Assembly (NCBI RefSeq): GCF_036321535.1 | Contig: NC_087436.1 | Coordinates: 24,926,001-24,990,000 of the forward strand | Length of the DNA stretch: 64,000 nucleotides | Reading direction: 5' to 3' | Origin: Camelus dromedarius | Lineage: Eukaryota | Shown: positions 49,930-61,604 of the stretch, piece by piece | Position numbering within the stretch: position 1 is the stretch's first letter | Layout: every line of letters begins with the position of its first letter | The notes under the pieces: generated by a model | What the model saw: the letters and a program-made list of their open reading frames with translations, nothing else | Told to the model about the DNA's origin: nothing | Database searches by the model: none | Position numbers and translations under genes: made by a program

Positions 49930-52014
49930 TGAATTGGAACATTTCATCCAAAAGCAACAGAATATACATTTTTTCTCAAGTGCACATGGGACATTTTCCA
50001 GGATAAATCATATGTTAAGCCAAAAAAAATCTTAATAAATTTTAGAAGATTAAAATCATAACAGTCATCTTTCTGGACCACAGTGGTATAAAACTAGAAA
50101 TTAATTATATGAAGAAAACTAGAAATACATGGAAATTAGACAACATGCAATTGAACAACCAGTGGGACAAAGAAGAAATCAAAAAATAAATAAAAAATGC
50201 CTTGAGACAAACAAAAATGGAAATATACCAAAATTTATGGAATGCAACAGAAACAGTTCCCTAAGAAGGAAGTTCATAGTGATAAATACCTACCTCAAGA
50301 AACAAGAATAGTCTCAAATAACCTAATTTGACACCTCAAGGAACTAGAAAAAGAACAAATGAAGCTCAAAGTTAGTAGAAGGAAGAAAATAACAAAGATT
50401 AGAACATAAATAAATAGAGACTGAAAAATTAGAGAAGATCACTGAAACTAAGAACTGGGTCTGTGGAAGATAAACAAAATTGACAAGCCTTAAGCTTGAC
50501 TCACCAAGAAAAAAAGAGAAAAGACTAAAATAAATACAATCATAAATGAAAGAGACGATGTTGCAGCTGATAACGCAGAAATAACAAAGGATCAAAAGGA
50601 TCATAAGAGACTACTGTGAACAATTATACATCAACAAATCGGACAACCTGTTAGAAATGGATAAATCCCTATAAACACACAAGACCACCTACCAAGACTG
50701 AATATTGATGAAGTGGAAAATCTGAACAAACCAATTACTAACAAGGAGATTGAATCAGTAATCAAAAACCTCCCAACAAACAAAAGTTTAAGACCAGATG
50801 ACTTCACTGGTGAATTCTACCAAACATTTAAAGAAGAATTGATACCAGTCCTTCTCAAACTCTTCCAAAAATAGAAGAGGAGGGAAATCTTCCAAACTCA
50901 TTTTACAAAGATGGTATTACCCTGATATCAAAACTAGGCAAGAACTCCACAAGAAAATTGCAGGCCAATAACCCCGATGAACATAGATGCAAAAATCCTC
51001 ACCAAAATATTGGCAAACTGATTTCAACAATACATTAAAAGAATCATATACCATGATCATGTTGGATTTATTCCAAGGAAACAAGGATAGCTCAACATCC
51101 ATAAATTAGTCAATGTTACACACTATATTAACAAAATGAAGGATAAATATATGACCATCTCAGAAAATGTGTTTGGCAAAATTCAACATCCACTTTGTGT
51201 GTGTGTGTGTGTATATGTAATTGAAGTATAGTCAGCTTACAATGTTGTGTCAATTTCTGATGTATAGCACAATGCTTCAGTCATACATAGACATATACAT
51301 ATGTGTTTTTATATTCTCTTTCACCATAAGGTACTACAAGATATCAAATACAGTTCCCTGTGCTATACAGCATGAACTTGTTGTTTATTCTTTATATATC
51401 AGTTAGTATCTGCAAATCTCTAGCTCCCAATTTATCTGCTCCCACCCCTCTTCCCCTCTGGTAACCACAAGTTTATTCTCTATATCTGAGAGTCTGTATC
51501 TGTTTTGCAAATAAGTTCATTTGTCTTTTTTCTTTTTTTTAGATTCCATATATAAGTGGTATCATATGGTATTTTTCTTTCTCTTTCTGGCTTATTTCAC
51601 TTAGAATGACAATCTCCAAGTCCATCCATGTTGCTGCAAATGACATTATTTTATTCTTCCTGGTGGCTGAGTAGTATTCTGCTGTATAAATATACCACAA
51701 CTTTTTTGTTCAGTCATCTGTTGATGGATATTTAGGTTGTTTCCATGTCTTGGCTATTGTAAATAGTGCTGCTATGAACATTGGGTTGCATGTATCTCTT
51801 TGAATTAAGGTTCCCTCTGGATGTATGCCCAGGAGTGGATTTCCCACTGTTGGTGGGAATGTAGTTTGGTGCAGCCGTTATGGAAAACAGTATGGTGGGT
51901 CCTCAAAAGACTAAAAATAGACTCAACATCCATTTATGATAAAAACTCTCAACAAAGCAAGGGTTTGTAGAGAGAATGTACCTCAACATAATACAGGCCG
52001 TACATGACAAGTCC
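49930..52014 (+). mobile_element. L1 ORF2 endonuclease-end to RT region, decayed and interrupted
   Basis: cagaatatacattttttctcaagtgcacatgggacattttccaggata (EN), ccagatgacttcactggtgaattctaccaaacatt, gatgaacatagatgcaaaaatcctc (RT). Confidence 0.9.
51196..51922 (-). mobile_element. Younger artiodactyl L1 3' end with short 5' inversion, nested in older L1
   Basis: TSD tcaacatccaYtt at 51183-51195 and 51923-51935; antisense to about 51840, then sense cactgttggtgggaatgtag...ctaaaaatagac; (TG)n at the tail position. Confidence 0.9.
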
Positions 52015-52074
52015 AATTTCTAAATTCTGTAGTTCTTTAAGGGAGAGTGTATATCCTTTGTTTTTCTTTCTTTT

Positions 52075-52287
52075 TTCTGGCTGGAATGCAGCATTGCTAG
52101 ATTCAGGAGCCATGAGGATATTCCTTAGGGATTGCAGGGTAGAAAGCTGGAAGAAGCTGCCTCCCTAATAATTTTGTAGAATGTCAACCACCTCCATACT
52201 CTTATAGGAGAGTAATCTTTGTCCATTTAAGCCATTGTTTATTACAGTCATTTTATCATTTACCAAAACACAGACCTAACTGCTACA
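52075..52287 (+). mobile_element. ERVL-type LTR 3' part (LTR16-like)
   Basis: gtagaaagctggaagaagctg...tttaagccattgttt...cctaactgctaca terminus. Confidence 0.5.
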
Positions 52288-53689
52288 GTATTTGTTGTTG
52301 TTTAGGTTTTTAAAGTTAATTTTATTCAGTTTTATATGTTGAGCAGTAAAGCCATATACAGATAATTTTTGTCTTCTTTGCAACATTTATACCTCATTAG
52401 CTAGAAATTTCAGAATGGTGCTACACACGCAAAAAAAAAATGAGAAAAGAGGGATTCTTTTATTCATGACTTTAATAGGAGTGCTGTTACAGTTTTAATA
52501 TTAAATATGGAGTTGGCTCTGGAGATTTTTCAAGTTTAAAATGGAACATTGATATCTTTTTTTTTTATATAATTGTTACAAGGGTCAAATGCGCTAATAA
52601 ATCCAAAAATGCCATGTTTGTGTTAAAAGCTATACTACAATTGTCTAGCATGTAGTATACAGTCAACAAATGTTTTCAGTGTTATTTTTACTGTTTTTAA
52701 TAATTGATAACTTTAATGTCTTAATAATATTAGGGCTAAAAGTTAGAAAAGAAATAAATGTTTTCTATTACCAAGAGAAGTGATAGAGATTGAAAATTTG
52801 AAAAGAAATACTAATTTCAAGGGGTATTTTCCACTGAATGAGATGCTTAGATACTCTTGTTAGGAAAATATACTTAAGTCTGTTTTATGAAGTTAACTGA
52901 TGGAAGATCAATTCACTTCAGTTACCAACCGAAGTATATAATTCATCATCAAGACAGTACTCTACTCACATGTACCTGCTTTTCTTCCTCCCACAACTGC
53001 CTTAAAGAACGTGTCAGTTGTGGATTTATGTCAGTCCTTTCATCTTTTCACATTTCCAGTCTGTTCTTGGAGAAATCAGGAAGCAAGGAATGACTTGGTA
53101 TCAAAAAATTCTTTTGCTGTACCTCAAGAAATATCTTTTTAAAAAAATATTCCATAGCAGAGATGATTCTTAAAAAATTATTCCATTTTGCTCTTTGCAG
53201 TTAGTTCCAGAATAGGTCTGTAGAGAAGTGAATTGAGTCTGTTGACTTAAGTACTTTTTGGATGTTGTCTGTTGATCTTACCTTTGAAATGGCTAAAATT
53301 TATGATTTGGTAGCTTGATATCAAATATGTTGGATATAATTTGAATTTAGTAAGTACATATTGTTTTGCTTTTCTTATTGAGAATACCTTAATTTTAAAA
53401 TCTTTTATTATATATATCTTTTTAAAATTATATATATGCAGAAGTGAAATTTGAGATATTTATCTGGAAAATTAAAACATACCAATTAGTAATTTAAACC
53501 CTCAAATGGATTGTTTTATGTTGGCTGTGAGAATTCTTCTCTCCTCTTCTATTTGCTGAATAATCATCTGAAAACAATTCCTTAGATAAGTACCGCAAAA
53601 CAGTTTATTTGTTATGAGATTCATGAGACATGAGCATTTACTAAACATCTATCGAGCAGCATGCTCTGACAGCATGTGTGCTGAAAATA

Positions 53690-53900
53690 ATAATAAACTA
53701 ACATTTACATAGTCTTTTATAGCCTTCCTTCTTTTATATAATTTGATCATCATAAAAATAATTTGATAATAATAGAAGAATTATCACATCTGAGGAAACT
53801 GAGGCACAGAGAGCAAGGACACTTCATAGGTCACACATCCAGTAAGTCTTAAGACTCCAATTTGATCCCCAAATTTCTGACTGTAAATTTTGACAGTTTC
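53690..53900 (-). mobile_element. MIR SINE
   Basis: ctaacatttacatagtc...tgaggaaactgaggcacagagag...ggtcacacatccagtaagt. Confidence 0.75.
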
Positions 53901-53954
53901 CTCTAATCTTCCCTTTATCATTTGATTTCAAGCCTGCTCTTTGAAAACACATAA

Positions 53955-54190
53955 TAACTAACACTTAATGAATACTATCTACATGCACCAGCTATATTAG
54001 TTCATTTAATCTTTATTACCTCCCTCAGTGGTCAGTGCTATTATTAGATCTGTTTGAGTAAACTGAGTTTTAGCAAAGTTGAGTAGTTTGCCCAAGGCTA
54101 ACATAGCTAAAAGTTTAGCAGAGCTGCGATTTGAACGCAGGCACGTAGTTGGAGAACCCAGTCTCTTGACTGTTAGAGGACGATACCTCC
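53955..54190 (-). mobile_element. MIR SINE
   Basis: aactaacacttaatgaatact...tcatttaatcttt...tttgcccaaggctaacatagct...gcagagctgcgatttgaacgcagg. Confidence 0.8.
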
Positions 54191-55399
54191 TTGTTAGCCA
54201 GATGCTCACCCTCTCCTTGTTAATGTTAATTTGCCCACTTGGCCCACTGCTAGTGTGCGGATAAAACTTTCATTGGAAACAAAATCTGAGCTTACTCGTC
54301 CCGTATCTAGAGAAGACTGAAAGGTGGCCCATTTCCTCTAGATTTTTAGTTCTGAAAAGAGACTGTCAACTGATTTTTCAAGGATGTAATAAGTTTCCGT
54401 GCAGAAATGTAGACGTTCGCAAAACTGATTCTTCAAGCTGATCTTTTCTCTGCTGCTGTGTTAATGGACATAAAGGGCTTGGACTGCGTTTTACAGTCCA
54501 CTTGTGCACAGAAGCATCGTGTGGATTCAGCCCACATCCAACTCTTCTTAGGCTCACTTTTATTACCTTCCTTGGAATTGCCTCCAGTGTTTTACAACTA
54601 TTACATACCATGATATCTAGAACTGACCAGAGCTTTCTAGGTGAAATTCTGTTCAGTATCATGATTCCACTGAGCTTACGGCAAAATTACATTAGACTTT
54701 TTTTTTTTTTTTTACCCTCTCCTGTTTCTCTACTGTAATGTAATCCCGTATATCATCTGTTATCCTTTCTTTTCTCCAGGTCTTTTTTCGGTCATTACTA
54801 CCTTCCAGGTGTTTTGGATTATCTTACGTAAGATAAATGAAGTTTGCTTTGTCTACAGCAGAATGTTATTTCACTATTTCTGTCCTCTTTTCTCAGGCCG
54901 ACTTCCAAATTTAGAACCACTTTTAAATACATGTCCTGATTTTTTTCACATCATAAAGAAATGTAACGTAAAACGTTAACTGTGATAGATTTACTAGGTT
55001 AGCTACTTTCTCATTTGCTTTTGATCAGTAAATTTTTCTCGTTTGTTTCTGAACACTTCAAAGCACTTGCTCACTGTTTTTTTTTTGTTGTTGTTCTTGT
55101 TGTTAACTGAGTATGTATTATGTACATGGCATGTTGCTAATGAGGAATATAAAATGAATAGAGAGCAGGCTGTCCATCTGTCCCTTTCTATGCATGAGAC
55201 TTGATCCCAGCTTCTTCAAATGCTAAATGGCATTAAGCCTATTTGATGGCATTGCTGTGAGCACTGAGTGAGATTAACTTGTGAAATCACTGGCACATGT
55301 GAAACTTGAAAAAAATACCTGCTACTCTCTGAATGTCAGCTTTGTAGTACACACTTGATATGCACAATTAAGCTTTACAATTATAGGTGAAGTTAAATG

Positions 55400-55530
55400 T
55401 ATCCCTGCTTTTACAGATAATATGCCTAAAGTTAACTACCTTGCTTAAGGTCAGTTAGCTAGTGAGTAGCTGAGTTAGGACTTGGACCTCTGACTGCTTG
55501 ACTCAAAAGCATATAGAAGTTCACTGTACT
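55400..55530 (-). mobile_element. MIR fragment
   Basis: ttttacagataa...ttgcttaaggtcagttagctagtgagtagctgagttaggactt. Confidence 0.65.
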
Positions 55531-55599
55531 AGCCAACCTCACCATTTAATGAGTCAGTGGCATACAGCTCTTTACATAAGACAGGACAGGATAAATACC

Positions 55600-56530
55600 A
55601 TAATCTAAGCATAAATACAGTATTAACTTGGGCAGGAGAAAAATGAGGTTGTTTCATTAGTGGTTCATGGAAGGATTTATGACATTTTCTGTAGGTCTGG
55701 AGTGAAGGGTAGAATTTAGGCTGGAGATAAGGGAAGATGCATTTCTGGCACAAGTGCCAATGTTAGTAGTTATGACGTGATGGAGTGATAGATCATTTAT
55801 GGGCAACAGCTTCTGATGTTTTTTGACTAAGGTTTAAGAGAGTAGGGGGAAATGAAATTGCAAGGGTTGGGTGGGGAGGAGAATCTGAATGTTGGTTGAA
55901 GTGATCTGAATTTATTCCACAGGCAATGGGAAACCATGGGAGGTTTTTGAGGGCTGAGCAAATGATTTTAGCAATGCTCTAAGGAGATTGTGGCAAACTG
56001 CCAAATATATTAAAGATAGGGAGAGACTGGGGACTGGGAACTTTGTTGGGGTGCCATTTCATTACTACGGTTCAGAGGTAGGTAATGATCTGAATTAGAG
56101 TATTGGCATTTGGGATGGAAGAGGGAAGGGAATAAAGTATAAATGTATGTCACAATAGGGAGAGTTCACTGGTTTTGACAACAAATGTCTGAAGAAGAAG
56201 GAGAAAGAGGAGGAGGGGAGAGGGCAGGAGGAGGAAAGAGGGGAGGAAGGGACGGGGAGAGGAGAGGGAGGGGAAAATGTCAAGGATGTTTAGGAATTGC
56301 TTGGGTGTGTGGTGGTTCCATTAGAAACAAGATGAGTGCATTTGGTTTTAGACACATTGAATTTGAAAACATGGTGAGTTTTACCATCCAGTGTGGATAT
56401 GATGTCCAGCAGTCTTTCAGGAACACAGCACTAGAGATGACATCAGGGTTAATCATGAGAATGGAAGCTATGAGATTGAATGAGATTTCAGAAGTAAAGA
56501 TTATGTAAGCAGGAAAGAAAGGAAACCAAG
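55600..56530 (-). mobile_element. L2 internal fragment, decayed
   Basis: tttattccacaggcaatgggaaaccatgggaggtttttgag; tttggttttagacacattgaatttga. Confidence 0.7.
56191..56277 (+). repeat. Polypurine (GA-rich) low-complexity tract
   Basis: gaagaagaaggagaaagaggaggaggggagaggg...gagagggaggggaaaa, almost pyrimidine-free. Confidence 0.9.
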
Positions 56531-57430
56531 TTAGACCTCAGGGTAGTATTATGAAAAGCAGTTCAAGAAGTCATTTGCCGAGTGTGTAGTAAGTCCCTGA
56601 CATTGTGTTAGATACTTTTTACATATGTTGTGTCAATCTTCAAAGAAACCTTGAGAAGCTGTCACCATGTTTCTAGTAAATGAGAGAATTGGAGGAAGAA
56701 TGGTTAGGGGTATCTGTCAGATGGTACTTTATTCATGAGAAAATCCTTACTGAGGACTTTACACTGGGCACTGCAAAGATACTGGGGCCCCACAGACCTG
56801 TTTCTCTCATGGAACTTTGCGTCTGTATTTAACCCAGCCATGATTTCTATATACTGCTGAAATCAATTCAACAGACATTTTTGGAGAATTAGGGTTACAA
56901 GGAATAATAAAAAACTGATCTTCAAGGAGCTGCAGTTGAGAGAGGGAAGGCATTTAGACTCTCAGAAAAGTTGAGATGCCTTTGCTTATATGACCCAGTT
57001 ATTTTAATACTTAGTAAAACTACTGCATGTGGTTACCATAGTTTTATCTTAACACTGAACCTCTTCAACCCAATTATATCTCATGAAACTATCTAGGAAA
57101 AAGTGCTATGATGTGCCATATTTAAAAGAAACTATGATCTATTTAGTTGCATTTTTAAAAGACCGTGTGACAACATCGTGTTGATAAGGATGTGGATAAA
57201 TCAGAACACTCTTATGTTATTGGAGCCTATGTAAAATGGTACTGTCACTTTGGAAAACAGTTCTGGAAGGTTTTTTGGTTTTTTTTTTCCCACTTAAACA
57301 AATTAAACAGATATTTGTGAATGACCCAGCAGTTTCACTTCTGGTAGTTTACCCAGAAGAAATGAAGCATCCATTCACAAAAAGGACATGTAAGAATGAA
57401 GGAATAGCTCATGGCTATTTCTAATAGAAA

Positions 57431-57461
57431 TATTAGAATATTAGAATTAGAATATTAGAAT
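57431..57461 (+). repeat. Short tandem repeat (TATTAGAA)n
   Basis: tattagaatattagaattagaatattagaat. Confidence 0.8.
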
Positions 57462-57532
57462 GGTGTCTGAACTAGCCATCAGAAGGCAATTGGATATTAT
57501 AAAAATACAGTGGAATGTAAAGGAATGCACTT

Positions 57533-57774
57533 CTTTTTTCCTTTTAATTTTTATTTTCTATTGAACTATAGTTGGTTTACAATGTTGTCTTAGTTTCTGG
57601 TGTAAAGCATAGTGATTCAGATTCATATATATATACACACACACATACTGTTTTTCAGATTCTTTCCCATTATAGTTAATTACAGGGTATTGAATATAGT
57701 TCTCTGTGCTGTACAGTAGGACCTTGTTGTTTTTCTATTTTATATACAGTAGTTTCTGTCCATTAATCCCAAAC
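57533..57774 (-). mobile_element. Artiodactyl-type L1 3' UTR stub
   Basis: attgaactatagttggtttacaatgttg...ctgtgctgtacagtaggaccttg; TSD aaagRaatgcactt at 57519-57532 and 57775-57788. Confidence 0.9.
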
Positions 57775-59334
57775 AAAGAAATGCACTTTTGATGCATAAA
57801 GTGATGTCATGCTGAGTAAAAGAACCCTACACAAGAGTGAATACTGTATTATTCCATTTATGTGATGATCTATGTTAGGTAAAACTAATCTGTGATGAAA
57901 AAGAACAGTGGTTGCCTCTGTGTATATAGGGTAGAAATTGACTGGGAAGCAGCATGAGGGAACTTACTGAGGTGATGGATAGTGATTTTGGTTACTTGGG
58001 TTACATTTCTCACAACTTCTCTAATGGTGAACTTAAGATTTGTGCATTTCCATTTCACAGAACATAAAATTTTAACTTAAAACCCCAGAGTAAAAAAAAA
58101 AAAACTGTATTGAAAAGTTTTCGAGTAATGGGTAATGGTATCTACAATGTACTTTGAAATACATCAAAAAGTAAACTTACTTTTTGGTAAGTTTTATGGT
58201 TGGATAGCTGGCTAGATATATGATAAGACAATTATGAAGACAAATGAACAACTATAGAGCCTAGATGGTAAAGTATAGGTGATTATCATACAATTCTTTC
58301 AAGCTTACTTGAAAGGTTTGAAAATTTTTATAATAAAATATTGGGGAAAAAAGACCATATAAATAGTGTTAACTACTGTGTTGTACATCTAGTCAGTCTG
58401 TCAGCAAGTTAAATGTGCCATGCTCTTGTCTCATGAGTACTTCCTTAAAGACTAGAATCTTGCTAATGAATAGATTGTCAGTTTGTTTTTATCCCATTTG
58501 AGCTCTGAAAGGAATTGTGTTCTATCAGTAAATTTCATGAATGAATAAATCACGCCAGATGCTAATAGCTGTGGAGATAAAAGATGGAGGATATTTAAAT
58601 AGGACAGAGTTGCTGGGGATAAAGCACTGAAACTTATGTTCTTACTGAAATCTTTCTTCCTAAGGATGGATTTGCAGTAGATTTGTTTATGGCCTGTTTC
58701 TGGGATGAAGACAAAGTTATTTGAATAAACTACATGGTTATTAGTTGGTTCATATCCTGATCAATATAAAAAATTGTTAGAGCTTTCGAGAGAGTTTGAC
58801 CATTGCTAATACTTAGCTTCCATTTTTGTAAATGTAATTTCACTCTGTAAAACAAACACTCCATGAAAACAAAGAATTTTGCAATAGTGTCTTCCATTAA
58901 TTCCAAAAGAATAAAAATCAATGATCTTTGTTTAATCTAATTCACTTGAGATCCCACTGAAAGTAAATGTAAATAATTTAAAAGAATATGAATGGTGTTA
59001 TCTTTCAGAATTGAGAGAGATATCAATTATCTTTGGAAATAGCAGATTTGCCAAACTTTATATAGTATTTTGTATTAAGCAATGTGATTGATTCTCAGTT
59101 TTTCATTAATTCAGTGGAATGATATAAATTTGTCTTTATGTGCTTCATAAATCATTTATACATTATTTAAAATCTTGAAAGATAAATTTGAGTTTTGATG
59201 ATAAAATATGTATACATTTTCAATTAATGATAACTTTTTATCTTCCTTCCCAAGCAGCTCTGAATGTATTTTATTATTCTGACCTTGATCTATAGACTCT
59301 AACTGATTTAGCATCTTAAATCTTGCTCCAGATG

Positions 59335-59510
59335 AGGGAGGCTGTATTGGAGAAGTACCTGAGGACTGTGTTTAGGGTTACTATTTTATAGGCTTTATAT
59401 TTATTACTAATTTGATACGTGGTCTTGTGCAAAGTACTTAACATCTCCAGGCTTCATTTTCTTTATTTGAAATTGGGGAGTTTGGGCAAGTTGACTTAAA
59501 TGTGTTCTGT
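59335..59510 (+). mobile_element. MIR/MIR3 SINE, decayed
   Basis: gtggtcttgtgcaaagtacttaacatctccaggcttcattttctttatttgaaattgggg. Confidence 0.65.
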
Positions 59511-59601
59511 AATATTTTTCTTTTTTTAAAATTCACTTGGCAAAATAGTCTAGGCAAATATAAGTTGAAGTTTAGAGTAACTGTATTTATATTACTCTAT
59601 T

Positions 59602-59650
59602 CTTTTCCTTCCTTCCTTCCTTCCTTGTTTTTTTCTTTCTTTCTTTCTTT
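59602..59650 (+). repeat. (CCTT)n/(CTTT)n microsatellite at an L1 insertion site
   Basis: ttccttccttccttccttcctt...tttctttctttcttt. Confidence 0.85.
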
Positions 59651-60737
59651 TAACATTTTTTATTGATTTATAATCGTTTTATGATGTGTCAAATTCCAGT
59701 GTAGAGCACAATTTTTCTGTTATACATGAACATAGATATATTCATTGTCACATTTTTTTCTCTGTGAGCTACCATAAGATCTTGTATATATTTCCCTGTG
59801 CTATACAGTATAATCTTGTTTATCTATTCTACAATTTTGAAATCCCAGTCTATCCCTTCCCACCACCCACCCCCTTGGCAACCACGAGTGTGTATTCTAT
59901 GTCTATGAGTCTATTTCTGTTCTGTATTTATGCTTTTGTTTTGTTTTTGTTTTTGTTTTTGTTTTTGTTTTAGATTCCACATATGAGCGATCTCATATGA
60001 TATTTTTTTTCTCTTTCACTTAGAATGACATTCTCCAGGAGCATCCATGTTGCTGCAAATGGTGTTATGTTGTCAGTTTTTATGGCTGAGTAGTATTCCA
60101 TTGTATAAATATACCAGATCTTCTTTATCCAGTCATGGTTGATGGACATTGAGGCCGTTTCCATGTCTCGGCTATTGAAAATAGCTATGAACACTGGGGT
60201 GCAGGTGCCTTTTTGAAGTAGGGTTCCTTCTGGATATATGCCCAGGAGCCGGATTCCTGGGTCATATGGTAAGTCTATTCCTAGTCTTTTGAGGAATCTC
60301 CATACTGTTTTCCACAGTGGCTGCACCAAACTGCATTCCCACCAGCAGTGCAGGAGGGTTCCCTTTTCTCCACAGCCTCTCCAGCATTTGTCATTTGTGG
60401 ATTTTTACAAGCTTCTGCCAGCAAAGGAAACCATAAGTAAAACAAAAAGACAACCTACAGAATGGGAGAAAATTTTTGCAAATGAAACTGACAAAGGCTT
60501 CATCTCCAGAATATATAAGCAGCTCATATGACTTAATAAGAAAAAAACAAACAACCCAATCCAAAAATGGGCAGAAGACCTAAACAAGCAATTCTCCAAG
60601 GAAGAAATACAAATGATCAATAGGCACATGAAAAAGTGCTCAATATCACTAATTATCAAAGAAATGCAAATCAAAACTATGATGAGGTACCACCTCACAC
60701 CAGTCACAATGGCCATCATTCAAAAATTCACAAATGC
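59644..60737 (-). mobile_element. Young lineage-specific L1 with 5' inversion
   Basis: Antisense 3' UTR and ORF2 end to about 60405 (…[12 protein letters not shown]), then sense ORF2 to 60737; perfect 16-bp TSD TTTTTTTCTTTCTTTC at 59628-59643 and 60738-60753. Confidence 0.95.
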
Positions 60738-60886
60738 TTTTTTTCTTTCTTTCCTTCCTTCTAACACATGATGTTTTTCCGAGGTGTGTAATTAGAATAG
60801 GGGAAAGAAGGGTGAATTCTGGGGAAAGAAGTGTGAATTCCAGTTAATTCACACAAGTTCAGGTAATGGCTGTAAAAATGTGTGTA

Positions 60887-61106
60887 CAGTTGACCCTTGA
60901 ACAACATGGGGGCCAGGGGCGCTGATCTCTGAGCAGTCAAAAATCTGTGTGTAACTTTATAGTTGACCCTCTCTGTCTGTGGTTCCTCATCCTGGTATTC
61001 AGCCAGCCTTGGGTTCTGTTGTAGCGTAGTATTTACTACAGAGAAAAATCTGCATGTAAGTGGACCCACACAGTTCAAACCTATGATGTTGTTCAAGGAT
61101 CAGCTG
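60887..61106 (+). mobile_element. Tigger1-derived MITE (TcMar; Tigger1a_Art-like)
   Basis: TIRs CAGTTGACCCTTGAACAACA / TGTTGTTCAAGGATCAGCTG; preceded by TA and followed by TG (decayed TA); 220 bp. Confidence 0.85.
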
Positions 61107-61174
61107 TGTATGTAAACAATCTCATATAGGCTTAGATGTGATAAAAACAATTAATATTAATTCACCACTTCCTC

Positions 61175-61390
61175 ATTATCCTTAGTACTTTATATATCAG
61201 TTCATTTAATTCTAACAATTTTATGAAGCATATACTATTGTTATTAGCATTTGGTAGATGGAGAATATAAGGCAAACATATTTAGGTAAATTGTTCAAGA
61301 TCACACAACTAATAAGTGGGGTATCCAACATGTATTTTAGATGGTCTGTGTTCAGAGCTTGGCTCTTAACCATTATGCTAATTTGCCTCT
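61175..61390 (-). mobile_element. MIR SINE
   Basis: ttcatttaattctaacaa...ttgttcaagatcacacaactaataagtgg...ctcttaaccattatgcta. Confidence 0.75.
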
Positions 61391-61604
61391 AATGACTATC
61401 ATAATATGTGTTGACACCATTGTCAGTATATCAGTCCATCCAACCATCCTTCACATAATATGATAGCAGATGATCAGGTTTCCTTGATTACAAGGAGTTC
61501 AATTTAAAGCAAATTCTTAAATCATGAGGACTTTTATTTTTAAAATGTCCCACATTAAAAAATGTTTTCATTAAATTTTGACTAGATGCAAATATTTATA
61601 AATT

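Larger units (their letters stand above)
57140..58345 (+). mobile_element. L1MC/MD-like 3' end, interrupted
   Basis: tgttgataaggatgtgga...ggtactgtcactttggaaaacag...cagtggttgcctctg...tttttataataaaatattggggaaaa. Confidence 0.85.

Noticed and set aside
56185..56508. Gly/Arg/Glu-rich 107-aa ORF
   Set aside because: Translation of the GA-rich low-complexity tract plus L2 sequence.
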